Shown: piece after piece, positions 9,047 to 19,595 of the stretch
How the letters are laid out: each line of letters starts with the position of its first letter
Numbering within the stretch: position 1 is the first letter of the stretch
From: an uncultured Methanomicrobiales archaeon
GTDB lineage: Archaea; Halobacteriota; Methanomicrobia; Methanomicrobiales; Methanospirillaceae
Direction: 5' to 3'
Assembly (NCBI GenBank): GCA_963758915.1
Contig: CAVWXH010000009.1
Coordinates: 32,001 to 96,000 of the forward strand
Length of the DNA stretch: 64,000 bases
Notes under the pieces: model-generated
What the model was told of the DNA's origin: nothing
Database searches by the model: none
What the model saw: the letters and a program-made list of their open reading frames with translations, nothing else
Program-made: the position numbers and the translations under genes

Positions 9047-9586
9047 ATAGTCAGAGCATTTGTGGCAATCGACCTGTCACCTGAGATACGTGAGAAGATG
9101 CGTGAAGTACAGGAGGCAATCCGGAAGAGCGGGGCAAGAATCACACTCGTTGATCCTGCGATTATTCATATAACTATAAAATTTCTCGGGGAAATTGAGG
9201 CCCCGCGGGTCGGACCTGTCAGGGAAGCACTCAGTGAGGTCATACTTGAGCCATTTGACCTCACAATAACAGGTATTTCTGCAAATAATAACCGTAACCC
9301 CCGTGTTATATGGGGGACGGCAGGGGACAGTGGAGGATGCAGGCTCCTCTTCGAACAGGTTGAAACGGCACTCACTGCCATCGGCGTTCCACGGGAGGAG
9401 CGCGGGTTCACTCCCCATGCTACTATCGCAAGAGTAAAAGAATATCACCCGTCCCTCATGCAGTCAATCAGGCCATACCTCTCAGAAACACTGGGAGAAT
9501 GTCATATTTCCGGGTTCAGCCTGAAAAAAAGTACCCTTACCCCGACCGGACCGGTATATGATACAATTTTGGAGGTTATGTGGTAA
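9047..9586 (+). CDS. thpR: RNA 2',3'-cyclic phosphodiesterase (2H family); start at ATA 9047 or GTG 8954
   Basis: RAFVAID, HITIKFLG, PRVIW, FTPHATIAR (two HxT motifs), S.LTPTGPVY. Confidence 0.92.
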   Translation: MVRAFVAIDLSPEIREKMREVQEAIRKSGARITLVDPAIIHITIKFLGEIEAPRVGPVREALSEVILEPFDLTITGISANNNRNPRVIWGTAGDSGGCRLLFEQVETALTAIGVPREERGFTPHATIARVKEYHPSLMQSIRPYLSETLGECHISGFSLKKSTLTPTGPVYDTILEVMW

Positions 9587-10971
9587 CAAGATCTGCACTT
9601 GAAACATCAGTGCTCGAACGGATCAGGCCGCAGGCTGATGAAAGGGTGCATATCCTTACGGTAGCAGGTGAGCTGATTGACCTGGTCAACCGGAGCGGGA
9701 GGGCGACAGGGATGGTTGTAGGATCCGTTGCACGTGACACGTGGATCCGTGGTGACCGGGACCTCGATATATTCATGCTGTTCCCACCGGACCTCACACG
9801 GGAAGAACTCGAAGATGAGGGGCTTACACTTGCAAGGAACATTGCGGAATCAGCGGGGGGTACCTACCGTGAAAAGTATGCAGAACACCCATATATCAAT
9901 GCAATTATTGATGGCCTTGATATTGATATTGTCCCCTGTTACGCGGTACCAGATCCGGCAGCGATCAGGAGTGCCGTGGACAGGACACCGTTCCACACCC
10001 GGTATATAAAAGACCGCATCAGCAGCCTTATCGATGACGTGCTCCTTCTTAAACAATTTGCAAAGAATGGCGGGATTTATGGTTCTGACCAGATGACCGA
10101 AGGGTTCTCAGGGTACCTTTGTGAACTCCTTGTGTTCCATTACGGGGGTTTTATCCCGCTTCTTGCGGCAGCTTCAGACTGGTGGCCGGGAGTCCTTATC
10201 GATTGTTCAGACCACCGGACAAAGACATTTCATGAACCGCTGGTCGTGGTTGACCCTGTAGACCCGGGGAGAAATGTATCTGCCTCGGTATCACTCACCC
10301 GGATGTGCGAATTTATCGAGTTGTGCAGGGGTTATCTCGAGCGTCCCGGGGAAGGATTTTTTTTCCTTCCGGCCCCTCGTGCTGAGTCCAATGAAAAGGC
10401 AGAAATGCTGGTTGAAAAACGAAAAACCGCAATCTATACGCTGACATTCCCGACACCACCGTATATCGAGGAGATTGTAGTACCCCAGCTTCGAAAAAGT
10501 CTTGAGGCGATCTCCGCACTCCTTGCCAGGCATGAGTTCATTGTAAACCGTGCAGCGTATTGCATGAAAACGGACCGATGCATGCTCTTGTTTGAATTAC
10601 TCACCGATTCACTGCCACCCGTAACACGCCATTTCGGCCCGCCATTATGGGCCCGGGAAAATGCGAGGCAGTTTTCCGAAAAGTACATCCAGGGAATGGC
10701 AGAAGGACGCCTTTTTTCAGGGCCTTATATCGAAAACGGGATCTATGTCGTTGAACTGGAGCGGCGCTATTCATCCGCAGGTGACCTTCTGGCGTCACCC
10801 GATCTCCTGGAAGTCGGGCTCGGACGCCATGTCAGGTCGGAAATCCGGGATTCCCTTTCAGTCAGGAAAGGCCCGGATGGCATAGACGAGGAGTTTGCCA
10901 CCTTTATCACCTCATTTCTTGAAAAGTCATCCCCCCTTACACAGATCAGGCATCTGGAGAAAGGGAGGTAG
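9580..10971 (+). CDS. cca: Archaeal class I CCA-adding enzyme
   Basis: VGSVARDTW..DRDLDIF, YAEHPY, SAVDRTPFH, GFSGYLCELL, VVDPVDPGRNV. Confidence 0.95.
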   Translation: MVTRSALETSVLERIRPQADERVHILTVAGELIDLVNRSGRATGMVVGSVARDTWIRGDRDLDIFMLFPPDLTREELEDEGLTLARNIAESAGGTYREKYAEHPYINAIIDGLDIDIVPCYAVPDPAAIRSAVDRTPFHTRYIKDRISSLIDDVLLLKQFAKNGGIYGSDQMTEGFSGYLCELLVFHYGGFIPLLAAASDWWPGVLIDCSDHRTKTFHEPLVVVDPVDPGRNVSASVSLTRMCEFIELCRGYLERPGEGFFFLPAPRAESNEKAEMLVEKRKTAIYTLTFPTPPYIEEIVVPQLRKSLEAISALLARHEFIVNRAAYCMKTDRCMLLFELLTDSLPPVTRHFGPPLWARENARQFSEKYIQGMAEGRLFSGPYIENGIYVVELERRYSSAGDLLASPDLLEVGLGRHVRSEIRDSLSVRKGPDGIDEEFATFITSFLEKSSPLTQIRHLEKGR

Positions 10972-11165
10972 GTGTTCATTGTGCCGGCAATCACTTTTTT
11001 TATCCGGCGGTTACCTTTGATTCGCCGGGTTTACGGTACCGGTCCCCGGATGCTGTTATGAGATACCTTCATATCTCCCCAAATTAGAAGATTCAATAAT
11101 TAAATCCCGGCAGGACTCCGGAGTAAGGCATGAAACCTTGCGTGGGTACCGACGGGCGGAGGATC

Positions 11166-12812
11166 ATGAACACTGAGGATGCTTTATCGAGGAACTCGAT
11201 CATTGTCATCGTATTATCGATCATTTTGATTGTCGCCGCTGCAGGGGCAATGATTTATTTCTCGTCGAGCCCTGACAAAGTGCCGCGTATGAATGCAACG
11301 GTTGAGGCATCGGGGAATGTGGTATATCTCTATCATGACGGAGGGGACCAGTTTCCAAAAGACCGCCTCCTGGTCCGGATAAACGGGGAGGACATCCCGG
11401 ACAGCCAGGTCTCACTGCTTCACTCGCAGACCTGGCCATGGACAGCAGGAAAAACTATAAAAGTCCAGTATTCCGGTAGTAGCAGCCCGGAAACGGTCCA
11501 GGTGATATACAGGAACGGGCAGAAGCAGACCGTGATAGTCTCGCAACAATTACACAGTGGTACCCCGGCCCCGGTTACCACCCCGGTCACGGTTGTACCG
11601 TCCACACCGTCATCCACCATTATGCCGGGAGTTACTCAGGGAGAGATCGTGCCGGTACAAACAGAGGTGATCCCGGGTATCCTGCCTATTACCATGGTCA
11701 TTCCACAGGTGACCCCTACTCCACCGCGGGCAGATTTCGTTGCGATGCCGACTTCAGGGCAGCTCCCGCTCGATGTGCAGTTTACAGACCTCTCAACAGG
11801 CATTCCCACCAAATGGTCATGGAATTTCGGAGATGGAAGTGTATCAACAGAACGAACCCCGGTACACAGGTATACCACCCCGGGCAGCTATACGGTCAGC
11901 CTCGTCGTGGAAAATAAATTCGGGTCTGATAAAAAGTCGATTCCCGGGTATATCTCGGCGGGCATTGCACCGGTAGCAAATTTTGCGGCTTCGCCACGTG
12001 ATGGTACGGCACCGCTGGAAGTTCATTTCACCGACCTTTCGACAGGGCAGCCCGTGGTATGGTCATGGGACTTTGGTGACGGTATGAAATCATCAGAATC
12101 AAACCCAACACATATCTATTCGTCCGGGGGTTCCTACCAGGTGATCCTCACGGTGGCAAATTCCTACGGGGCAGATACACGGATCAAGAATTCCTATATT
12201 TCCACGACCACCTCCCCCAGCCACGATGTGTATCTCTACGGAAGTACTTCAGGTTATCTGGCACCTGAAGGATATATTGCCTTCACCGTCACTACCACGG
12301 ACTCCTGGGTTAAGATTGCCGGAAGAATTTACCGGTTCATGGAAGGGGACAACGTCCAGCTCATTATCATGGACCCTTCATCCGGGGAGATCGATGCATC
12401 TTCATCCGCCATTACCGGCTTCAACTTTAATAAAGTAAACATGTACGTGAACGGGGCCCTTGTCCAGGAGGGAATTGTCACTGCTATCGGCATCACCGGG
12501 TATGGGAATTACCGTTCGTCAACGACGCTCATCATTCCTGCAGGAGATAGTACTACCGTATTCTTTGCAGACGGAGGCAGGACACTTATCAGCCCCGGAC
12601 AGCAGGTCATCATCAGGAACTTCAAACCCGACTCAACCGGCAGAATGGTCTTTACCAAAACAACCGGCGGAGTATTCTACAAAGGGGGGCTGAATCCTGG
12701 CAGCTCGTATGATACAATTAACCAGGCAATAAAAAACACTGCTTCCCGGTCATCTGGGTTTCGGGAGGGATGTTTTCTTTTCCTTTTTTTGTCAGGATGC
12801 AAGGTAATTTAA
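11166..12812 (+). CDS. Surface protein: type IV pilin-like N-terminus, Thr/Pro linker, two PKD domains (C-terminus possibly frameshifted)
   Basis: EDALS plus hydrophobic helix, LYHDGGD, two VQFTDLS..W.W.FGDG..P.H.Y PKD repeats. Confidence 0.85.
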   Translation: MNTEDALSRNSIIVIVLSIILIVAAAGAMIYFSSSPDKVPRMNATVEASGNVVYLYHDGGDQFPKDRLLVRINGEDIPDSQVSLLHSQTWPWTAGKTIKVQYSGSSSPETVQVIYRNGQKQTVIVSQQLHSGTPAPVTTPVTVVPSTPSSTIMPGVTQGEIVPVQTEVIPGILPITMVIPQVTPTPPRADFVAMPTSGQLPLDVQFTDLSTGIPTKWSWNFGDGSVSTERTPVHRYTTPGSYTVSLVVENKFGSDKKSIPGYISAGIAPVANFAASPRDGTAPLEVHFTDLSTGQPVVWSWDFGDGMKSSESNPTHIYSSGGSYQVILTVANSYGADTRIKNSYISTTTSPSHDVYLYGSTSGYLAPEGYIAFTVTTTDSWVKIAGRIYRFMEGDNVQLIIMDPSSGEIDASSSAITGFNFNKVNMYVNGALVQEGIVTAIGITGYGNYRSSTTLIIPAGDSTTVFFADGGRTLISPGQQVIIRNFKPDSTGRMVFTKTTGGVFYKGGLNPGSSYDTINQAIKNTASRSSGFREGCFLFLFLSGCKVI

Positions 12813-13038
12813 GGTTGTATCCCTGATGGGGCACCAGATATCTGGTATTTTTCATTACCGTTCCGAAATAGTTATACATCACAAGATCGCAAACAATAAG
12901 CAGACAGGACATGTCGTCGTAATAAAAACAACGATATAACCTGGTATGTTACCTCATTCCCTGTTGTACTACTACGGGGGCATGGATACCCGGTAAAAAA
13001 GGAGGAATCACAATTATGCCAATGGGAGATTCAAGATC

Positions 13039-13947
13039 ATGAGAAACAGATTATTTGCCATTACGCTCGCTCTTATCATCCTGGGTATGGTCCTTATCTT
13101 ACCCGTATCTGCAGCAGATCAGCCGGCTGCATCCGTATCACAGGAGAAAGTAATCATATATGCGACTAATTTTTCGACAAACCCGTTATGGCAGACTAAT
13201 AATCCGACGCGCTATTACTGGGAGCCGCAGAAGGGGATGTACCACTATCTTATTCAGCCAGGTACCGGGGGATATTCATTCATCCCGGTGAATTATAACG
13301 GGGAATCTTTTACCCTTGAATATGATTATTACCCGCTTATTACCGATAAGGAACTATCGTTCCAGTTCGGAATGGGCAGCAATGAAATGGATATCACCCG
13401 TGGTACCAATGTGTTGTCCAAATTTACCAACAAGAAAAACGGCAAGCTGATGTGGCTCCAGGTGATCACCCAGAGCAATAAGCTGGCTGAAGTGAGCAGC
13501 GCCCATGACAGCTATGGCGGCCCCACGACGAATTTCGAAGATAACCAGACGTACCACGTCATTGTCCGGTACAATAAAGAACTTATGAACGCGGATATAA
13601 AAGTCAGCTATAAAAATAATCAGACGATGTTATGGGGATACTATGTAACACTGGGGGAGGAACTCCATACCATTAAACGACTTATGATTTCGTCCATCGG
13701 GATGTACGGGAATACAGAATCTGTCGCAGAAGGATATATCGATAATGTGGAACTATCAACGATGCGTGAGATAATTCCGGTCCCGACAACTGCAGCCCCT
13801 TTAATCACGACCCCGGTCACCACCGCAACAACAGTCCGGGCGACAACCACTGCAGCACCGACAAAGTCCCCCGGCACACCGGTCACTTTTCTCCTGGCGG
13901 TGGGTGTTGCAGGGATAACTGCATTAATACTTAACAGAAAGAATTAA
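13039..13947 (+). CDS. Secreted/cell-surface protein with Thr-rich linker and PGF-CTERM-like anchor
   Basis: Signal peptide ending VSA; C-terminal TKSPG + hydrophobic helix + RKN. Confidence 0.7.
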   Translation: MRNRLFAITLALIILGMVLILPVSAADQPAASVSQEKVIIYATNFSTNPLWQTNNPTRYYWEPQKGMYHYLIQPGTGGYSFIPVNYNGESFTLEYDYYPLITDKELSFQFGMGSNEMDITRGTNVLSKFTNKKNGKLMWLQVITQSNKLAEVSSAHDSYGGPTTNFEDNQTYHVIVRYNKELMNADIKVSYKNNQTMLWGYYVTLGEELHTIKRLMISSIGMYGNTESVAEGYIDNVELSTMREIIPVPTTAAPLITTPVTTATTVRATTTAAPTKSPGTPVTFLLAVGVAGITALILNRKN

Positions 13948-14035
13948 TCCATTTTTTTCCGGGCATCCCAAAAAAACTGCCACTACCAGATCACTTAATG
14001 CAGGGGAACAATAAACCCAGTCTCCAGGAATACCC

Positions 14036-14896
14036 ATGGATGACCAGCATGACGAACATATTATCGAAGCGATAGGGAAAAGCCGAATTCTTATCAGGGA
14101 TGGTAAAATTATTGAAGTGGGGGGCGCGTTGATCGCGACCTGTCCACTTGCTGAACGGTTTGCCAGACCTGTACATCTGATCACTCCCGAAGCGGTTGAA
14201 GAGAATTTTTCCAACAGGATAGCGGTGTTTGGTATGTGTACCAACGGGCGTGAAGTGCTTGGCAGCGGGGAATTTGTCGGGTTTGGAGCATCGGAGCTGA
14301 TGAGTGCCGGCCTGAAACTTGGGATCATAGACTGTGCAGTAGTTGCTTCTGACGGGGCTGGCACCGTTATTGTCAGGAGCCCCGAACTTGTGCAGGGAAT
14401 TGGCGGACGCATGTCAGGACTTGTGAAAACATCCCCCCTCCCTGGAATAATAAAAAAAATTGAAGAGGCAGGCGGATTAGTCCTTGATCCGGAAAAGGCG
14501 CGGATCGACCAGCCTGCGGGAACGGTTCTCGCTTTTGCTGAAGGCTATCGCCGGATTGCTGTCACGGTAGCCAGCGCGGCTGATGCTGCAAGGATCCGGG
14601 TGATCTGTCCTGAAGCACTGATTATTGCGGTACATACTACAGGTATAACCCGGGAAGAGGCAGAGGGACTTGCTGTTACTGCCGATCTTATCACGGCATG
14701 CGCCTCAAAATGGGTGAGGGAAATCGCAGGGAAAAAAGCGCTCCTCCAGGCAGGCACGGCCATCCCGGTGTTCGCCATGACCAGGCGCGGTAAGGACCTT
14801 ATCCTCGATAAACTAAAAATCTCGGATGAGCAGGTATTTCTTAAAGGCGCACGTCTGCCGTTTGCAGGTGAGGTCCAGCCTGCACCGCTGGTGTAA
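14036..14896 (+). CDS. Methanogenesis marker 8 protein (DUF2099)
   Basis: DEHIIEAIG, CPL, FVGFGASE, DGAGTV, QGIGGRMSGL, VHTTG, CASK. Confidence 0.9.
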   Translation: MDDQHDEHIIEAIGKSRILIRDGKIIEVGGALIATCPLAERFARPVHLITPEAVEENFSNRIAVFGMCTNGREVLGSGEFVGFGASELMSAGLKLGIIDCAVVASDGAGTVIVRSPELVQGIGGRMSGLVKTSPLPGIIKKIEEAGGLVLDPEKARIDQPAGTVLAFAEGYRRIAVTVASAADAARIRVICPEALIIAVHTTGITREEAEGLAVTADLITACASKWVREIAGKKALLQAGTAIPVFAMTRRGKDLILDKLKISDEQVFLKGARLPFAGEVQPAPLV

Positions 14897-14910
14897 AACC
14901 GTGAAGTAAT

Positions 14911-14934
14911 GCCCCCCACGAATGCATGGGGGGC
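14911..14934. terminator. GC-rich hairpin between convergent genes
   Basis: GCCCCCCA-CGAATGCA-TGGGGGGC perfect 8-bp stem 14 bp after the stop. Confidence 0.4.
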
Positions 14935-15025
14935 TACCGGTCAGGTTATCCTTGTTTCAGGATGTATTTTCTATAATTGCCGATAATGCCGCTGGGAAAC
15001 TAAACAGAAAAAAAATTCGAGGTGT

Positions 15026-15838
15026 TTATTCATTCACGTGGTCGTAGAGCAACATGACCCTTGAAACCATGAATACCGCTGCAATAGTTCCATCCGGGCC
15101 GATAATTGGTCCAACATAGAAATACCGGGTGATCTCCCCTTCTTCCACCAGGGTTACCTCTTCATCACACACAGGATTTCCGGAACAAAAGACAGAGCGG
15201 ATCATCTCCTCGATCCTGGCAGATTCTGAAGATAAGATCCTGATTTCCCGGGGTGTCTTACCAATGAATTCCCCGGGTCCGGCCCCTGCAGACTCTGCCC
15301 GGGCGGTGTTAACAAACAGGTAGTGGCATTCACTATCAAAAATGCTTATTTCATCGGGAAGTTTTTCAATGATCTGGTGGAGCAGGTCCCGTTCCGCCCT
15401 GGCTTCAAGAAGTAGTGACACCGCTTTCTGGTCCTTTCGTTCCCATTTATCAGTTTCGAGAATATCAAGGAAATAAATCAATGCCCCGTAATAAGATCCG
15501 TCCGCCAGATGAAGGGGGACGGTCCGGGAGACCACGAGCATTGTTGACCGGTCTTTCCGGAGTACCTTGTGGAGGGTATGCACGCCATCTTTATCGACAA
15601 CCTTGTTTCCTGATGCCTCAGAGTCTGCAAATGTAAGGAACTCAACAGGTGAATGTCCAATCATCTCCTCCTGTGAACAACCAACGATCGCTGCGCCTTT
15701 TGGGTTTACCACGAGAATACGATTGTTCTGGTCAAGGTACCAGATCCCCTCCCCGGCATTATCAATAATAAAATGGACCAGCGAGGGTGGAAACTCCCCC
15801 CGCCAGTGAATTTCCTGTGGGTGTTCCTTCTTATTCAT
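15026..15838 (-). CDS. Stand-alone tandem PAS-domain protein
   Basis: Two PAS repeats (IIDNAGEGIW..VNP..EEMIG; IIEKLPDEISIFD..VN..FIGK); no output domain. Confidence 0.8.
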   Translation of the reverse strand: MNKKEHPQEIHWRGEFPPSLVHFIIDNAGEGIWYLDQNNRILVVNPKGAAIVGCSQEEMIGHSPVEFLTFADSEASGNKVVDKDGVHTLHKVLRKDRSTMLVVSRTVPLHLADGSYYGALIYFLDILETDKWERKDQKAVSLLLEARAERDLLHQIIEKLPDEISIFDSECHYLFVNTARAESAGAGPGEFIGKTPREIRILSSESARIEEMIRSVFCSGNPVCDEEVTLVEEGEITRYFYVGPIIGPDGTIAAVFMVSRVMLLYDHVNE

Positions 15839-15934
15839 GGGATTGACCAGGTGTGAAGATTCAGGGAGAATATATGTCCCTTTATGGAGCATCTCTTTTG
15901 TTCTTTTCAATATGAGACAATATCTGAATAAGAT

Positions 15935-16035
15935 ATCTTTGTTGAAATACACTTGAACGGGAGGCTTACACCCGGGCTGTCAAAATACCTCGTTCAAAAT
16001 TTTCCATAGATTGGGGTCCGTTTTGTCATTTCCAA
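15935..16035 (+). repeat. Left arm of the MITE-like repeat
   Basis: ctttgttgaaatacacttgaacgggaggcttacacccgggctgtcaaaatacctcgttcaaaat matches 17438 and 55678 arms. Confidence 0.7.
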
Positions 16036-16173
16036 TGAAAATCCCATCGACAATTTCATTGTTTATGCCCGACAGCGGGGCGGTCACAGGCGCTTAATAT
16101 GAAAAACCCCACTGGCAATTTCATGTTGTATGCTTGTGGTCTTGTGGCATCATGCCTGTTTTGATGGGAAATG

Positions 16174-16436
16174 CACTTTGTTGAAATGCTCTGAAACTAT
16201 CTTACCTGCTTGAAGTATTTCGAAATTTACTCAACGCCCCGGGGGCTCATGCTCCGCCGCTTCGGGGATCCCGGTTGGGATAGGAAATGATCTCTTCAAT
16301 CCCTTAAAATTTCAGGGTTTCTACCGCTGAACCCTGCCCGGGAGTATCGTAATGGGGGTGGGACAGGGATGAGTTGGAAACCCCTCGTATCAACGTATTT
16401 CCTCTTACGTTCAATATGCAGGGTTTCAACAAAACC
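16174..16436 (+). mobile_element. MITE-like repeat copy (short form, both TIRs)
   Basis: cactttgttgaaat...ggggctcatgctccgccgcttcggggatcccggttgggatag...accctgccc...GTTTCAACAAAACC. Confidence 0.72.
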
Positions 16437-16466
16437 GGTATTCCAAAACATTGGAATCGCGAACAA

Positions 16467-17270
16467 TCAGGAGAGAAGCGTTTTTATAATAGTCCCTAAG
16501 GCAATCAGGATAAACATCACGGCAATTATCTTCTTTAAAGATTCCGCCGGGATCCCGGGGGCGAGTCTCGACCCTAGCTGTGCTCCGAAAAATCCACCTG
16601 CTGCAAATGTGACCGCAAGTGCCGGGAGGATATGCCCCAGTGCAAGATGTACTGCCGTACCAGCGAGAGACGTAAAAAAGATGATGAACGTGGAACTTGC
16701 AGCAGCAAAATGTATGGGCATCCCGAGGATGAAAAGTGCCGGCACATTGATAACACCACCCCCCAGGCCGCATACACCCCCGATGAGTCCTGAAAGGGCC
16801 CCCCAGGTAATGAGGTGGAGATAATATATCCTCATCGTAACGCACGTGGAAAACCGGTCCCTGCACTCCTCGCTAAATGACGGTCCGATCGTAATCGGGT
16901 AAATCAGGGTGCGGTCCCCGGAAAGCATGGCAACCGCGAAGAGTATTATCAACCCTGAAAAAATTAGCGCAAGCCATGAACCCGGCAACACTGCGGTGAG
17001 AAGACCCCCTATAACCGCCCCGATGATTCCAGGAATAATCATAACCGTGGCAGCACGGTAGAATATCCGCCCCTGGCGGGCAAAAGAAAACGACCCCGAA
17101 AAGGATGTCGCAACAATTACTGCAAGACTTGTCCCGATGGCCATCTTCTGGTCAAGACCAAAAAGGATTGTGAATACCGGCACCATCAGGAACCCGCCAC
17201 CGACTCCGAGGACGGCTGCGATCACTCCTATTCCGATTGCGATGATGATTGCAATGATAAATTCGAGCAG
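16467..17270 (-). CDS. Sulfite exporter TauE/SafE family membrane protein (start probably CTG 17270; in-frame GTG at 17390)
   Basis: GVGGGFLMVP, AIGTSL, GLGGGVINVP, AAASS motifs; about 8 TM helices. Confidence 0.88.
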   Translation of the reverse strand: MLEFIIAIIIAIGIGVIAAVLGVGGGFLMVPVFTILFGLDQKMAIGTSLAVIVATSFSGSFSFARQGRIFYRAATVMIIPGIIGAVIGGLLTAVLPGSWLALIFSGLIILFAVAMLSGDRTLIYPITIGPSFSEECRDRFSTCVTMRIYYLHLITWGALSGLIGGVCGLGGGVINVPALFILGMPIHFAAASSTFIIFFTSLAGTAVHLALGHILPALAVTFAAGGFFGAQLGSRLAPGIPAESLKKIIAVMFILIALGTIIKTLLS

Positions 17271-17437
17271 TTGAACCTCTCCTTCCTGCCGGGTATCCAA
17301 ACGAAAATAATGTGAGGCAACCGGATAAATGGGTGGGATTTGAACTGCAGTGAGACCGTCATATCCTGCGAATAAAAGCCGGGTAAACACCTGGCAACAT
17401 GCTCAAAAAAAAATTGTTGTAAAAGTAAGAAAAATTC

Positions 17438-17807
17438 GCTCTGTAGAAACACACATGAACGGTGAGTTCATACCCGAACCATGAAAATGCCATGTTCAAA
17501 ATCTCTTCATATTGGAGTTCATTCACGCATTTACATGGAAAATCCACTCAAATCTATCTTGCAGATTGGTAATTCCAAAATTTCATCACGCTCCTCCCGG
17601 GGCTCATGGCCCGCCGCTCTGGCGACCCCGGTTGGGATAGAGACGATTCCCCGAATACTCTGAATTTAATGAGCCTTCAGGAAACCCTGCCCGAAGAATA
17701 TATTAATGGGGGTGGGGCAGGGAGGGGGTGAAAACCGGTTGAAACCCCCTCATGTCTTCGTATTTCCCTCTTATTTTTTATGACACAGAAGGGTTTTCTA
17801 CAAAGCC
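17438..17807 (+). mobile_element. MITE-like element, longest copy (left arm + core, both TIRs)
   Basis: GCTCTGTAGAAAC...GTTTTCTACAAAGCC; flanks GAAAAATTC / GAAATATTA (7 of 9 identical, possible eroded TSD). Confidence 0.8.
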
Positions 17808-17813
17808 GAAATA

Positions 17814-18194
17814 TTAATATTTTTTCGGTTTATTTGACCACAAGCCATGTTTGTTGCAGTACGATCGGGCTTTAACATCAGCTGAGGTAACGGGAAATTC
17901 CGCTTCCGGTGAATCACCTGGCTGCAGGCCCCTGACATGAAGATAGTTACCTGATCTGACTTCGATCCACTCAATATAGTGCTCTCCCTCCATCGGGTGC
18001 GGGACTGAACCGACTTTTACTTTAATGCCGTTTCCTGTCTTCTCAATCACAGGCAGGTGCTTCTCTTTGCCCTGGTCTTCTGCCTTTTCTATCTGCAGTT
18101 CCATTGGCTGGTTACAACAGACTGAGGTACCCACCCCATTATGGATTACCATCACAATCTTACCGCATACGTTACACTTCATTACATCGAGCAT
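17814..18194 (-). CDS. dfx: Desulfoferrodoxin (2Fe superoxide reductase)
   Basis: CxxC..CC desulforedoxin domain, EKHLP, HPM..EHYIEWI, CNKHGLW. Confidence 0.93.
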   Translation of the reverse strand: MLDVMKCNVCGKIVMVIHNGVGTSVCCNQPMELQIEKAEDQGKEKHLPVIEKTGNGIKVKVGSVPHPMEGEHYIEWIEVRSGNYLHVRGLQPGDSPEAEFPVTSADVKARSYCNKHGLWSNKPKKY

Positions 18195-18414
18195 GTAGTT
18201 GCCTCTCTATTAGGGAAATCTTCATTGGAATATAATAGTATCGGTCGGTATGGATTATCAGGGAGTGAGGGGAGATCCATTATGGACCAGGTGGATATTC
18301 CGGCCGCTGTTTATAGTCCCGACCTGGCTTTGACGAAAATGGGTATCTACATGGAGTGCCTATGGTACAGGTAACTGTGGACTAGCCAGAATAATCAGGA
18401 GGATGTTTTGTCAC

Positions 18415-19488
18415 ATGTATTCGTGCCGCTATTACCGGATATATGATATCGGCAGGGAAATTAACCTCGAACGACTGGAGACAGCTCTTGCTGAAGCACT
18501 TGCGGCCAATTATTCTTTAGGTCGTGCCAGTTTTCAGAGGGTCCAGCCAAAATCGATCATGATGGAGGAACCCCCCCTCATGCTCAGAATGGACACGGTC
18601 CGTGTGAAACGGGGCGAGCGCGACTTTGATTTCTGGGTGATCGCGAAGGTCTACGATATCGGGGCGATAAGCCTGTGTTTTGTGTATGAAAATAGCAGGT
18701 CCCCGGTCAAAGACCTGGAGGATACAGCAGTCCTCTTTTACGGGCAGGATGGACTGGCAGGTATTTTCCAGCAATACCTGGCAACAATCGGAGAGATACT
18801 CCGCCCACACCTCAAAGACCTGACCATTGATCATGAATTTTTTGAGGATTACACGATCTACATAATGGACAGGATTGACAATTCCATCGATCCGGTCACC
18901 CTGATGACGGGCGAACGGGGCAATATTTCACCGCAGATGCGCGAGGAAATCACGAGAAACACACTCTCCTACCGCACCGATGACCTTGCCATCCTTTCAT
19001 GGGATTCGGCCCTTCTATGCGAACCTGAAAACCCTACCGATATTATTGACCTGATTGAATTTGCAAATGTGCAGGTACTCGAACTCCGTTATTACGACCG
19101 TGAACTGACACGGCAGATGGAGAAGATGTACGATGATATCGACCTGGCTGACAAACTTCCCGGGTTTCGGCGGAGCAGGCAGTACCATGCAATTATGGCC
19201 GGGCAGATGAGGACATCCGCAGAGATATCAGAGATCATCGAAAAAGTAAATAACCTCATCAAGGTGACGGAAGACGTCTATTATGCCCGCGTGTATGATA
19301 TGGTACTCAAGGTAAGCCGGAGCCGACAGTGGAGCGACAGTGTAAGCAGGAAAATTGAAGTAATCCAGGAGACCTATTCCATGCTGTCAGACGAGGTCCG
19401 GATCCAGCATTCCAATAACCTTGAATGGGTCATTATTGCCCTCATAGCACTGGAATTTGTGTTTGCCATCTGGCAGGCACTCAAATAA
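18415..19488 (+). CDS. RMD1/DUF155-like protein with C-terminal TM helix
   Basis: LELRYYD coiled region and terminal SNNLEWVIIALIALEF; AGGAGG SD at 18397. Confidence 0.6.
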   Translation: MYSCRYYRIYDIGREINLERLETALAEALAANYSLGRASFQRVQPKSIMMEEPPLMLRMDTVRVKRGERDFDFWVIAKVYDIGAISLCFVYENSRSPVKDLEDTAVLFYGQDGLAGIFQQYLATIGEILRPHLKDLTIDHEFFEDYTIYIMDRIDNSIDPVTLMTGERGNISPQMREEITRNTLSYRTDDLAILSWDSALLCEPENPTDIIDLIEFANVQVLELRYYDRELTRQMEKMYDDIDLADKLPGFRRSRQYHAIMAGQMRTSAEISEIIEKVNNLIKVTEDVYYARVYDMVLKVSRSRQWSDSVSRKIEVIQETYSMLSDEVRIQHSNNLEWVIIALIALEFVFAIWQALK

Positions 19489-19595
19489 AAAGGCCCCGGG
19501 ACTCTTTATGATTACCGGGTTATGAAAAAAGCGTTGATCTGACCAGAATAACTGCATGAAACTACGCAACAGTACCAGAGAAGCAGGAGGTTTGT

